Positions 1 through 12,688 of a stretch of 64,000 nucleotides of DNA are shown here, one piece after another. The stretch lies in the NCBI RefSeq assembly GCF_041956535.1, contig NW_027192211.1, positions 304,684-368,683 on the forward strand, written 5' to 3'. Position numbers and translations under genes: made by a program. Below the pieces are notes generated by a model. The model worked only from the letters and a program-made list of their open reading frames with translations, was not told the origin of the DNA and ran no database searches. This DNA is from Calcarisporiella thermophila CBS 279.70 (taxonomy: Eukaryota; Fungi; Calcarisporiellomycota). The first letter of the stretch is position 1; each line of letters starts with the position of its first letter.

Positions 1-3
1 CAG

Positions 4-2163
4 GATCTGCCATCCCGCCTAAGCAGCTGGAATCGGATCCTGCTACAAAGCGCAAATGTGATGTGACACAGATCTGTAGTTATCATTCTCAATCATCTTT
101 CCCATTTTGGTCGATATGGTGCTTGACCTATATATACATTTTTCTTTCTGTATATACCATCCCCCCCACCACAGACTTTATGCAGTATTATTTCGACTGG
201 CTGCACTATATCCACACGCGTAAACTAAGAACGGAACAGTACAAAGAAGAATTGCGGAAATCGAACGTGAGTAACGCTTGCAAAAATGGTTGATTTCTGT
301 TCTTGACGACGTGCTCCCGATATTTCTCTGCATAGCTCTCCATCGAGGAAATGACGGAAAAGTGGAAAGAGTTCTGCGGGAATGAGTCCGCCATGCTACG
401 GAAGCGAAGGACAAGGACCCGTGCCAACGATTTTCATATATTGACGCAGGTCGGCCAGGGTGGATATGGGGCTGTAAGTGCTATTCTTTTGAGCTCTTTT
501 TGTTCCCTTCCGTGCCGCTCACCAGCATGCTTGCGGTAATCTCTGTTTGTGCCTATCGCGCACGTCACAGGTATATCTGGCGCGCAAGACGGATACCAGC
601 GAAGTTTGTGCGCTCAAGAAAATGAGCAAAAAGTTGCTTCAAAAACTTAACGAGGCAAGAATTGTCCCCATGGACGAATCTCTCTAACGCTGCCGGATAT
701 CTAACCGCGTCTTGCCCTCTCTCTCGCTTTACCTACCTAGATTGATCACATTCTCACGGAGAGAGATGTTCTGACGGCCGCGAACTCGCCTTGGCTCGTA
801 AAGCTACTCTATTCTTTCCAAGATGTGGAGCATGTCTACCTCGCCATGGTAAGATGCAGATCATCTCTTCACCCTTCACTGTGTATGGGCTTCAATTCTT
901 GGCTATGTTGAAAGGAATATGTCCCGGGAGGTGACATGCGAACCCTCCTCAATAATAGTGGAATCCTCCGAGAGGAACACACGCGCTTTTACGTTGCAGA
1001 GATGTTCATGTGCGTCAATGCATTGCATCAGCTAGGATTTTTGCATCGCGACTTGAAGCCTGAAGTGGGTTCCCCTCCTGTCCTCCTGTTGCATTCCATC
1101 CAGTTTGGCTAAAATGGACCCTCTTGCAGAATTTCTTAATTGACTATAGTGGACACCTCAAGCTGACGGATTTCGGGCTCTCAAAGGGCTCCTTAAGCTC
1201 CAAACACCTTAGCACACTTCGCTCAAAGGTTCGTATATGGTCGATCTCTTTCCTACCACCATTTTGGTTTTGCAGTGACTCCATTTGCTCATCGACGCTT
1301 GCTTACCTCTTTTTATCTTCCTCAAACTTTTGCAGTTTGAAGCCATCAAGAACCAGAAGTTGATCTATCGCTCCTCAATCGAGCGACGCAACATTCACAC
1401 CATCCGGAGAGCAGAAAACGTGACTTGGGTAGAGTGTTTTCTGATCTGTCGACCTCTCTTATTCCAGCCCCCTCCCCATTAAACCTCCTCCCATCATCTC
1501 CATTGCTGTGGTTAGGCTTATTCGCTGGTGGGGTCTCCCGATTACATGGCTCCTGAAATTCTCGGAAAAGACGGCTACGATTACGCGGTTGACTATTGGT
1601 CCATAGGCTGCATCATGTATGAGTTCTTGGCAGGGTTCCCCCCGTTCAGTGCTCCCACCATGGACGAGGTGTGGTTGAATGTCTATCGGTGGCAGGAGGT
1701 ACTGGAGCGCCCCGTCTACACCCGCCCCGAGGACCTCGAATTTAATCTCACCGACGTAGCATGGGATCTGATCACACGGCTGATCACAGCGCGTGACCGG
1801 CGTCTCGCCTCCATTGCCGAGGTGCAGATCCACCCGTTCTTCGCCGGGTGGCATTTCCCCCGGATGCGGGAGGAGGTGCTTCCGCCTTTTGTGCCGCAGC
1901 TCGACTCCGAGTTTGACACATCCTACTTCGACGACTTCTCCAATCCACAGCACATGGCGATGTACAAGGAGGTGAACGATAAGAAGGAGAAGCTGGAGGC
2001 TCAGCTGAAGAGCGAGCCGGTCAGAGACGCCGTGCCAAGAAATGCCTTTGTTGGCTTCACTTTCCGACATAAGCAGGCGTCACAGTTGCTGGACGGCGTT
2101 GCGAAGCGCGAATACGTTAACAGTAGCGATGAGAGCAGCTACTACCGTGAGTCTCCTTCTTAG
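4..2163 (+). CDS. DBF2: NDR/LATS-family Ser/Thr kinase, Dbf2/Sid2-like (5' end lies upstream of the window; multi-exon)
   Basis: Spliced exons give FMQYYFDWL, LRKRRTR..F.ILTQVGQGGYG, HILTERDVL, HRDLKPENFLID..GHLKLTDFGLS, SLVGSPDYMAPE and the AGC C-tail PPFVPQLDSEFDTSYFDDF...FVGFTFRH. Stop at 2161-2163. Confidence 0.93.
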
Positions 2164-2906
2164 CATAAGCATTCCATGGGGAACGCAGAAGAGGGGGAGG
2201 AAGCGGAAGTGCTCTCCCCCTCTTATTCTGATGCATTTTGTCTATTAGGTACCATGTTCTAAAGATCCGACTACCGCTCCACAACCTGCACGAAACTCTA
2301 TTCATTCATTCATATTAAACCTCCTTCTCAGTATTTCTACATCTCACATACAGTATAATATCTCTATATCTCTATCTATCTTTAATGGGTTTATTACCAA
2401 ACAGTGGCCAAGTGGTTGGCTGCGGATGACCTTTCTGGCGGTTGTTTTTTTTTCTTTGTGGTTGAGTGAGAAAAAGTGATGGCCCTGTCTTAGACCTAAC
2501 TTAATGGTACTCATCTCCCTGCACCCTCCATGCTTGAGCCACTAGCATGAACAATAAATTTTCTGCGGACTCTTTTTTTCCCTGCATGGGATCGCTTGCA
2601 GAACCGTGTCGCCTTCACTCTTACCGTATAAAACAGGTGATGACCGATGGTAAAAGAAACCCATTTATCTTTACAGCAGTAGTAGCTGTCAACATGAAAT
2701 TCCTTGAGCATTTTCGAATTAGGGGCGACCAATGTGCTTAATGAGTATTGTATCTATTCGCGATTCTAATACAGAAGGATAACACCGGCAGGGAATCCCC
2801 CTCCAAAAAAAAAATCCTACGTTGACCAATGGGATCATTTGGCTATCTTTCTGGAAATCCACGCTTTAATAGATGATGCACCAGTATTACGTACTCTACA
2901 CGGGAA

Positions 2907-3333
2907 GGTGCTAGACGGGCCACTTTACTGTACCTGGCCGGATTTTCAGTATGATTCTCCTAAGGAGGAGGATCCAAGAGGAAAAGCACTTTAGCTTCGA
3001 TTAGTCTAGTGCTATCATTCACACGGCCAAGGTGGAAGTGGAGAGATGGAGTGGAGAGATTTCTATGCCCTAAGCGATGTTGGGGGAACTTCTATTGGGG
3101 GTGGGCCGAGCTTTTTGGAATGACTCTTGGCAAGAGGACAAGATTTAATCGAAAGCTGCAAAGCAAACCCAGCTTACGCCTGCGACGGAGAGTCGTAGGC
3201 GAAGTATGCACATGTATTCTGCAAAAAGTCATGCTAGGGTGGACTCTGCGGAGCCCTGGGACCTTGTCGCTCGCCAATCTCCTCTTTACTAACCGAGTCT
3301 TCTAGAAAACACAGCTCAGACAAATCGGAGCTG
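2907..3333 (+). ncRNA. Candidate structured non-coding RNA (unassigned)
   Basis: Hairpin 3177-3201 (10 bp, GGAGA loop) and hairpin 3153-3175, enclosed by 3120-3140:3213-3232; helix 2907-2916:3004-3013. Hand folding only. Confidence 0.33.
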
Positions 3334-3472
3334 AAATTCCAACCAAGACACCCAAGACCTTCTTCTATTTAGAGAAAATGCCTACCTGCCAAGAGCCTGA
3401 CAAGAAAAATTCTTGGAGTGGATATATAAAATTTAATCAACCAGTATACGGCTAGGGAAAAAAATAACAGAC

Positions 3473-4564
3473 ATGCAAAATTCAACTAGTATGGCCTCCC
3501 CCGCTTCACAAGAGCCGCCTCAACCACCAGCTCACTTGTCAAGCTATGAAACCTCAGGACCAAACCAGACACAAGAGATTGAGCCACCTAGCACCGCACA
3601 TGAACCAGCCCTGCCCGAGTCATTGGCTGAGGTCGAGGTCCAGCATGATCCAGTTGAGAGCCTGTACGCCATGTTCCCTGAGCTTGACCGCGAAGTGATC
3701 CAGGACGTGCTTCTTGGAAGCTGTAAAGGCGATATGCAACGGGCAGCAGAGCTGCTGCTCTCTCTTACAGACCCAGAGGCGTATCAGGGGGAATCATCCA
3801 TGGCGAGAAGAGATAGAGATGTAAGCCCGTCCTCGAGCGCCAGGGAAGCAGGGCGACGTGACAGTCCTCAACCATCGGACTGGAATCGCACCGAGCAAAC
3901 CCCCCCGCCGATCACGGTGACCCAGGTCTCCGGCGATCATGATGCTACAAATTCCCACTATCAGACAAGCACTCCGGCCGACCAGCTCCGTGGGGACGAG
4001 GAGCTAGCATTCCGATTGATGCAAGAAGAGCAGGAGCGGATATACCAATCGATACGTTACTCATCTGCCTCCTCGCCGCAACGCCAACAACGGCCCAACC
4101 ATCAGGGGCCAGCCTATGGGCTCGATAATCAAGGTAAGCGAATGCCGAAGCAATCAGCTTGGAGTGAAGAGTGCTTGACATTCCGACGATTTAGATGGCT
4201 CGCAGCTAAGGGAGCGGATCACAGCGGCCACAGAGAGTAAGCCAACCTCCCATGGGCGGCGCAAAAGCATGGGTTATTAATCCATTGTTCTTCAATAGGT
4301 ACAAAAAAGAGGTTCAGGGAGTGGTACGGGAAAATAAGCAATCGCCCGGTACCCAAGCAGGCATCGGACGGAGCCCAGGGGCAGCCGAGTGTAGTGCTGC
4401 ATGTGCAGCATGATGATCGGCCAGGTACGATCTGTCTGTTTGTTATTGGTATCCGTTTCCTTTCCTCTTATCTTTCTTCATGGTCAATAGTGGATCGCCG
4501 TTGGGCAACCACCCCTGTGCAAAGCACTACACTCATAGATCCAGCCTACACGCCTCGGGAATAG
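3473..4564 (+). CDS. CUE ubiquitin-binding domain protein (Cue5-like), 4 exons
   Basis: LYAMFPELDREVIQDVL...AAELLL is a CUE signature (MFP...LL), followed by QLRGDEELAFRL. Three short GT-AG introns after 4133 keep the frame to TAG at 4562-4564. Confidence 0.8.
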
Positions 4565-4786
4565 CCGGTTTGACCATTAGGGGAGAAATATTCATACTCG
4601 TTTTATCCTTATTCACCCTATTCTTTATTGCAAATGTATATTTTTTTTTCGTTTTCTACAACCGTGTAATTCATACCACATAAGACTATCTTAGTAACCG
4701 CGAAAGCAACAATAAATTCCTTAAAGGTCGCTAGTCAACGGTAAGGTAGAGTAGAGCCACAAGAGGTTAAAGGGGCGTGGGAGAGC

Positions 4787-5219
4787 TCAAACGGACTCGG
4801 CGCGTTGCTCCCGCCCTTGTTCACGCTTTCGTTCTTCCAGCGCACACTGCATATTTTTGATCTGCTTGTTGCTCAGCAGCTGCGCGATTGTGTTGCGACT
4901 CAAGTCAAAAGAGACTCTGCGATTATGTTTCTGGAACGGGGGATTTGTAATAGCGGGGGACATCTAGCAATAGACAAATGGCTTGAGTCTCTAGAGATGG
5001 ATGCAATTAGCCATTTGGAAAATCACCTCGTGCGGCGTGCAGGTGGTGTTAGGAAATTCGCCTATACGACCCTTGCCTTCGTATGTACTCTGAGCACGCC
5101 ATGGGATTAATGGAGAAAAAAAAAAATCATGGTCAGTCTGTGTCCAGATGACGGTGACCATCATTCATGTCATGCCTTACCCTTCTTGATGAACTCTTGG
5201 AACGTCTTTTTCTTGCCAT
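4787..5219 (-). CDS. Small basic protein (92 aa, 3 exons) with an RVxF-type PP1-docking motif
   Basis: Exons 5219-5181, 5089-5027 and 4963-4787, with both introns phase 0 and GT..AG. Product: MARKRRSKSSSRR-STYEGKGRIGEFPNTTCTPHE-MSPAITNPPFQKHNRRVSFDLSRNTIAQLLSNKQIKNMQCALEERKREQGREQRAESV. Confidence 0.6.
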
Positions 5220-6035
5220 GTAAAGCTGTCAGCTCCAACAATTCCATTCACACTCTATCTTAGTCGCAAAACGGGAGGCTTCGATATAGAGCCCTCAGTC
5301 AATTGTTAAGGATAACAATGGTGAGGGGAGGATATAAAATCAAAGGAGGGGGGGAGGGCAGGTGCAAAAGGTTTCTGATGTTCTTTGAGATGGTGTCGGC
5401 TTGGAAGAGAGCGAGAGGGGATTGGCAATCACTTTTGGCAATGACTTTCAAGAGGAAAGAAGTGCCAGAAAAATCTCGATTTTTATTGAGTATGGAGGGT
5501 TGCTGCACCACGTCTCGTGATCTCTCTCGTATCTTACGTTTTTTCCAAATACGTTTTCGAAGCCAAAATAGAAAACACTAAACGCGATTAAATTGCGACT
5601 TGCGTCTTCGTGGAATCATGAAAATAAAACATGGGCAACCACCACCGATGGCGACGCCAGCTAAAGCGTCAGGCTGCAGTGATCAGCACCAAGAAAGACT
5701 GGTTTCCTCTAGGGCCCCGGGGTGATCCAATGTTTCTTCTCCATGAGCTTAATGACGAATTAACCCTCGCTTATCCGGAGCTTATGTAGCATAAGATAGG
5801 GTCAGGATATTTAGAGTTGGGCGTGTAACCTTTCCCCAAGCAGCTCGCCATTTCCAAGCCTGCTTTCAAAAACGCATCCTTGAATGGCCATTTTGCTCAG
5901 GGTGTTTCATCCTCCCCTCTCCTCCCCCTCTCTCATATCAGATGTGGATATTTTGTTTTATTGTATACCAAGAATTTTATGGTTTAAAAGTAGGTGTAAG
6001 AGAGGAGGGAAAAGAAAAGAGACTCAAAGGAATAT

Positions 6036-8712
6036 TTACACTAGCTCTGTATCCTCCAAATATCGATACTGGGACGGCGATGAGGTCGGAAGCCGGGGGG
6101 GGGGGAAAAGAAAGCAAGGCGGGGGACCATTAGCAGAAACCCAATGGGAGCAGAGCGAAACCAAGAATACATACCTCAAATCGGAATTCGGACTTCTTGC
6201 GCTGGCACCAGGCCCCCTCGTAGTCGAAGTAGATGTACGTGCCCTCCTCATACTCGTCTGTGATCGCGCGAGGCTCCTCGTGGCGCTGGAACCATGTGAG
6301 GTACTTTTTGTGGAACCGCCACGATTGCCGTTTCAGTTCCCGGGCCGCGAGATACTGCTGATACGTCCCTGCCTGGTAGTAGAAGATGAAGAAGATGGTG
6401 TCGATATCTAGCCGTTCGAATAATGCCGGGTGATGGGGTAGAGGTTGTTGTGGGTAATGCGCGGGGGTGGGGTAAGGGTTGCGTGGAATGTAGTGGCGGG
6501 GGCGCTCCATATCGAGAAGGTCCGGCAGGCAGGCAAGGCTTGTCTCCAGCATCGCATGTAAAAATTCGCGGTCATCACGGTGCTGTTGGGATTGCTCCTT
6601 GGTTGCTTCGAAAGGCGCAACCAGGTCCTTGAGCGATGGTGGCAGCTTGGTCTCGATCTCGGCGGCCGGAGACTCCCTGGAGTCCTCTGCGGGCGATAAT
6701 GCGGACTCCTGCAGATGGAAACACAAATATGGAGATGAGAGGCTACTGAGCTCACCAACATACCCGCGTTTATACATACCTGCTTCCCGGCCTGATCGTC
6801 GGACGGCTGCTCGTGTAAATCCCCGACTGGAGATGCGGTCAAGTCTCGTGAAGCAGGCGACATCGCTTGCCTTGAATCTACCTCCTCAGACTCGGTTGTG
6901 GGAACAGAGACTTTTTCTCTTGTGGCCGATTCGGATTTCGGCGAGGTGGGCAGAGCAGCGGAGGGAATGGAGTGAAAAGCCGGAGGTGATGTCGCAGAGG
7001 GAGTAGAGTAGAGCTGTTGGGGCTGCTGGGATGGAACAGGCTCCTGTTGCGACGTCGGTTTTGGCATAATAGCTGCGCGTTGAATGGGGAGGGCTGTCTT
7101 TGCAGGGGATTGCGGAATCGGCATACCTAAGGAAAATAAGAGGACGAGTTTAAATAAAGCCAAAAAAAAGCCCTTGGGTTCAAGATATATGTACTGGTCT
7201 CTATGATGTCGGAGTGAATAATCGCAAAACAAAATGGATCAGTAAAACGGTAGCCTTTAGAAAGTCATCCACGAACTTACTTCTTTGCGGCGCTGGAGGT
7301 TGTTTCGAAATTTTTGCTGGCTGTGCCGGTGGTGTGAGCTAATGCATTATTTGGTACAAAATCAATTTTTCCACCGCATACATAGATACACTTAGTGAAT
7401 TATTAAAAGGGCTTACCTCCTCTGGTTCTTTGACTCGTTTATGCGGTGATATACTTTCTGCACCAGCCTCATCCTTTGCCCTCTAGATAATGAGTGATGG
7501 AAGTGGGGAGGGGAGAAGCATTGCTTAGATAATATTGAGCAAAAAGAAAACAAGTGATCCTAGCCAACCTCTTTAGTCGTTCGTGAATCGTCTGTGGCGC
7601 TATCATCTTTGCTTCCGGCATACTCGTCGTTCATTATTCCATAGAGTGCTTCTTCCTCCTCGAGCTCTAGATCATTGTATATATCTTCGTCCTCGATGAA
7701 ATCATCCTCCTAGACGTGGGGCGGTATGTCAATTGGCCATTCATGCAGGCAAAATACATAAAACGAATCAAAGCTGGGCCCATACCTGATTGCTTTCTAC
7801 ATAATACCGCACATCTTCTTGTAATGGAGTCACTCTATCCACCGGGATCCTGTCGTTTTCCAGCAACCGTAATATTAACTCCAGTCGACTTGTGTGCCAT
7901 TTATGTCGCTCAATCAGATGGTCTATCTCGGCCAGACGCTCCATCTTGGAGTTGTCCTTACGTCCTTTCCTCGCTGCAATCTGAAGCGTTTCCATCTCGG
8001 CCTCTAGAGTCTCGATTTGCAGACCCAAATCCTCGACGCTCTGTGTGATCCATGCGCAGCAATCCACCTTCTCTTTCTCCTTGGGATCTAGTTTGGCCAT
8101 CTGGAGCAGCCCCTCTTTTGAATATGCCTTCGTTTTCATCTCCTTCTCGCAGGCCTTGAACTTCTCCATTTGCTATTTGGAAATAAACAAACCAAATCCC
8201 GTCAAATCTCGATCTCGGAGCCTAAATGCTCTCTACTGTCAGGCATAAATAAGAGAGGACAGCAATCGCACCTGTTCTATCAGCTTGCGGTTTTCTGTTA
8301 ATTGGCTTTTGTCCTTGATCTCATTGGAGGCTATCCAGGTTCTGATTTGGTCGCGTAATCTTTGTAGCTTCTTGATTTCCTTTTTCAGATCGGCCTCGAA
8401 CTTCTCCTTCTGATTTGCATTGGTTGCTGTCTGGATTTTATCAAAGATCTCCTCGAACGTTTCGACCCCCTCGGAAACCTTTTTCAGTACACGATCGATT
8501 TCGGCTATTGTTCGCGATGGATGAGCAGAAAGCAGAAGAGTTAGTAATGAGTTGGGACGGGTCTCTCATTATTTTATATCCATTTTCATCAGAATATGGG
8601 TGTTTTGAATCTCCTGGTAAAATACCAAGTCATCGAGCGTAACCTCTCCCCTTCCCTCGATTTTCCCTTTTAGTCACCCTACACACTTACTCTGTAATTT
8701 TCTGTTTGCCAT
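6036..8712 (-). CDS. NOT3: CCR4-NOT complex subunit Not3/Not5 (CNOT3)
   Basis: N-terminus [57 protein letters not shown]-terminal NOT box [30 protein letters not shown]...[26 protein letters not shown]. Confidence 0.96.
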
Positions 8713-8930
8713 TGCAGGCTATTTTCAAAATTAAAATAAAACTTTGAAAAAACGGGAGTGATGAATTGCAAACTTATTAAAAAAAGTTTTGATGAGCTAT
8801 TTCGAATGGTTCAGCGAGGCGCAGCAATATAAATTGGCCGTCACGGGGTACAAGGTTGGGTGTACGCGTTCTAAATTGGCCATATTCTCTCTTTTGACTT
8901 TATTAATCATTGTGGAAACTTTTGGTTGCC

Positions 8931-10002
8931 ATGTCTTCAGAAGCCATTGCTGTGGGAGGTGGCTATGTAGTGCAACGGGTAGGATGGATTCTTTGTATTT
9001 TGGAAGTAAACTCCTATCACTTATCTCCTTCATAATTGTTTCTTAGGTCGTCCCTGATGACAATAACTGTCTCTTCCGATCAGTAGGTATGAGAAAATGG
9101 CCCATTTTATTATAGATTGATATACAATTTCATTCAAACTTCTTTTTTTTTAATATTTATGATATCAATCGGCACAGGGTAGTGACTTGAGACAAACGGC
9201 AGTGCCTATTATTTTGACTGCTCTAATGATGCTGTCTTTATAGATATGTCTTGGAGCAAGATCCTAGTGTAGTGGCAAAGCTGAGAAAGCGTGGGTACAA
9301 TTCTGGCATTAACAATACTATTAATTTACACAGCCATTTGAACTGTCAATAGTTGTTGCTGATTGCATTCGCAAAGATACCGACACATACTCCGAAGCCT
9401 TTCTCGGAAAACCAGTAGAGGAGTATTGCAACTGGATTATGAAGGAGAGCTGGGGCGGCGCAATCGAACTGAGCATTTTATCCAAGGTTTATGGTGTCGA
9501 AATTGCGAGCATTGACATCCAGACTGGGCGGGTGGATCGTTTTGGAGAAGGGGAATATGCCCAGCGTGTCATATTGCTGTATAGTGGAATTCGTAAGTAT
9601 ACCCCACCGCTTTTCTATGCCTCTCTTTTTGTATTTCGATACCACTGTGTGTTGTGTATAAACGATTTTGTAGATTATGATGCTGTGGCAATGACCCCCG
9701 ATCCGAACGCTCCTAGGGAGTTTGATCAGACACAGTTTGAGGTCAGCGATGACGCGGTGCTCCCTGCTGCGCTGCAGCTCGCCGCTCGCCTCCGAGAGGT
9801 TAGCATTCTCGCATCCATTTTTTCCTATTCAACCAGAGACTAATATGCCATGTATTGGACATGACAGAAGAGGCAGTACACCGACCTTGCCAACTTCACG
9901 CTTCGGTGTTCCGTCTGCCAGACTGGATTGCGCGGCCAAAAGGAGGCGACTCAACACGCGCTCCAGACAGGGCATGCAAGTTTCGAGGAATACCTATCTT
10001 AG
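8931..10002 (+). CDS. OTU1: OTU-family deubiquitinase Otu1/YOD1-like with C-terminal C2H2 zinc finger
   Basis: [13 protein letters not shown] (catalytic Cys), [24 protein letters not shown] (spliced), and Zn[34 protein letters not shown]. Confidence 0.92.
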
Positions 10003-10187
10003 TCAGCTTGAGACTATTGCGTTATCTTTTATATTTTTATTCATTTTTTTTTCTTTCCCATTAACTGCACAAATAATAGAAAGTATAATAACGTATTTTT
10101 TTTTTTTGCTTCCGTAAGACGGCAATAGATTTAAATGTTTTTGATATTTTTTTTATTTCCCTTTATTTTCAAACAACAAATGCATCT

Positions 10188-10854
10188 CTACGCAGAGGCT
10201 TTCTGTGTAGCGGGGTTCACCTTCTTGCCGTCCTTGTTGAAGCGGAATCGTGGAGGAGGGTTGCGATCCCGACGGCCCTCGCGAGAACGAACGCGCACGA
10301 TATGGGCGTGGATGGCGCAAGAGACGCAGTAGTGGAGCTTGACATACAGCTTGGGGAGGGCGTACTCCTGGTAGATGGAAGCCTCGGTGATATCACGGAC
10401 GGCAGCGGATTCGACCATGTTGCGCACGGTGAAGCGCTTGATCGCCTTGTCTTTGGGAACGCAGCGAGCACAGTTGGAGCAGCGGACGGGCTTAACGTGG
10501 CCACGGCCGTGCTTATTACGTCCATTGTTGCGGCGCTTGGTCGTCTATTAATCAAGAGACATTAGTTGACCGATTCACTGATGGTGGAAGAAAAAGAAAA
10601 TCTAGGGTGGAGTTTCTCGGCACATGAAAGAGACAGAAAATCGCAGGTTATGAAGATTTTCATCATCGGAATCAGCTCCGCTAATTCCGAGTAAAACCCT
10701 GTCTCCCTCTGATTGCATCATGGTTGATCATGGAGAACAAGTCCATCACTTCATGATCCCGTTCACCATCGAAATATCCACTCCATAGTGCCAAACAACA
10801 TCCCCGCTGTGCCAGTAATGATGGATGGATGGAAACAGATAGATTACTCACCAT
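10188..10854 (-). CDS. RPS26: 40S ribosomal protein S26 (eS26)
   Basis: ATG-only first exon (10852-10854), intron 10545-10851, then [38 protein letters not shown]...[10 protein letters not shown]. Confidence 0.98.
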
Positions 10855-11260
10855 GATGGTATTTTCCGCACTCCTTGTCGATAAACGGAATTAAATGGGG
10901 GAGGGATTGGAAAAGAGGAGGAAAAGAAGAAATGGCCGAATCTCCTCCGCCTTTGAAATCGGCTATCACTGAAACTTATCTGAAACTTGTAATCCATCCA
11001 TCTTTACCTGTAGACGTGAAGAAAAAGAGGCAGAATGGCATGCAGAGTGCTATAATTCTTTTGGACTACGGGCTGACTTTTTCACAATGCGTTTGAATGG
11101 CTAACATTTCTCATCGATAGTCTCCAAGATTCCACACATCCATTACGAAGGTATAGTTATAATGATAAAAAAAAACAATTTCTATTGAAATAAAAGCTCC
11201 ACTTCATCTCCAGCTCCTTTCACAACACATCAAAAAAAAAAAGCTGAAACAAAGAATAGA

Positions 11261-11624
11261 TTACTCCTGCTTCTCCTCATCATTCCAGTAGGCTCCTAGA
11301 ACGGGGATTTGGCTAAGGACATCTCTACGCACTACAGGCACGTCTGAGAGGAAGAAGCCAGCACCGAGAGCAAGAGCTGCACCCCAGCCGGCAAGAGTAG
11401 GGGTTCTAGAAAAGAAAAGATAATTAGAAAAAAGCACTACTACGGCCACAATTCGGATTGGGCATTAGTCGTGTTGAGATGGACTAGATCGATGACCGAT
11501 CTTTTGATGTCAACTCTTCTACATTCAACACCTACACTCTAATGAATTTCTCGGGAGTCACACCAAGGAAGTTGAACTGGTGAGGTACGTTGCGGGGGAT
11601 ACGAGCATACGTTGGTTGGGCCAT
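11261..11624 (-). CDS. QCR10: Cytochrome b-c1 complex subunit 10 (Qcr10/UQCR11), 2 exons
   Basis: MAQPTYARIPRNVPHQFNFLGVTPEKF..., PTLAGWGAALALGAGFFLSDVPVVRRDVLSQIPVLGAYW matches the fungal Qcr10 pattern. Confidence 0.85.
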
Positions 11625-12238
11625 GGCGGTTTGAGGAATGTGTGCGACGAATTGGATTTTTTTTTTTTGTTTTCGTCGTAGAAAGGCATATGTTTATGAC
11701 TGGGGGTCGAGAGAATTGTGTGACGTCATCAGAAGCCGATACAATTTCAATGGATGTTCAATAGATATAGTCTCTTGTATTAAGCAGGAAGTAGTTATGG
11801 CACTCCCTCACACTACGTTTTCTATCTTCCTTACCCATGTGGGGAACCGATATCAAATAGTTCAATCTGATTATGATCCATAAGATATAGGAAATTAGCT
11901 TCATTGCATTCGCTTCAACGCGGCCCATATATCTTCGACTCCTCCTGTTGCGTCTATTTCCGAGCGATTTCATGTATAGCCCTAGAGGGCTACATGCCAA
12001 CATCAACCAAGAAGATACCACACTTCATTCACGGCCAAAAAAATACGCCCTTTATTTATTTCAACAACAGTTGATATACGAAGTCATGCGTAAAAAAAAT
12101 TTCGTACAAGTATAATAATAAAACATATTAATGACTTTTGGTTCGCTTTTGTTCACAAGTATATATACCACTCTTAGTATCACTTTAACAACCACACATT
12201 TTTGCATTCGATATATATATATATTAGTATATGGCAGA

Positions 12239-12653
12239 TCAATGGACCCCCACCGCTCTCGGCATATGGCCGTTGTGCGACATGAAGCTGCTCGAGTTCA
12301 GGCGGCTGCGGTACACGTCCAACTGCTGCTGCATATACTGCGCCATTTCTTGCACCACAGGCTTGGCTTCCTCCCGTATGATGCCTACGATGTTGGAGGC
12401 GCGTCGCGCCATGCTGACATCCTCGCGCTGCCACTCACGGGTGGCGTGCGAGGCACCGCGTTTTGCACGCTCCAGCAGAGGGTCGATACGGGATCGCCAG
12501 CTCTCAGGAAGCCGAGCGTAGTTTTCGCGAACACGGCTGAGGGCCAGCTCCTGGTACTGCATGCGCCTTTTGTCGACCCGAACATAGACCCGATGAGTGA
12601 CCACCAGAGGAAGGCGGGCGCCACGCACTATTGCGCGGGTCTTTTTGTCCTTT

Positions 12654-12688
<35 letters not shown>

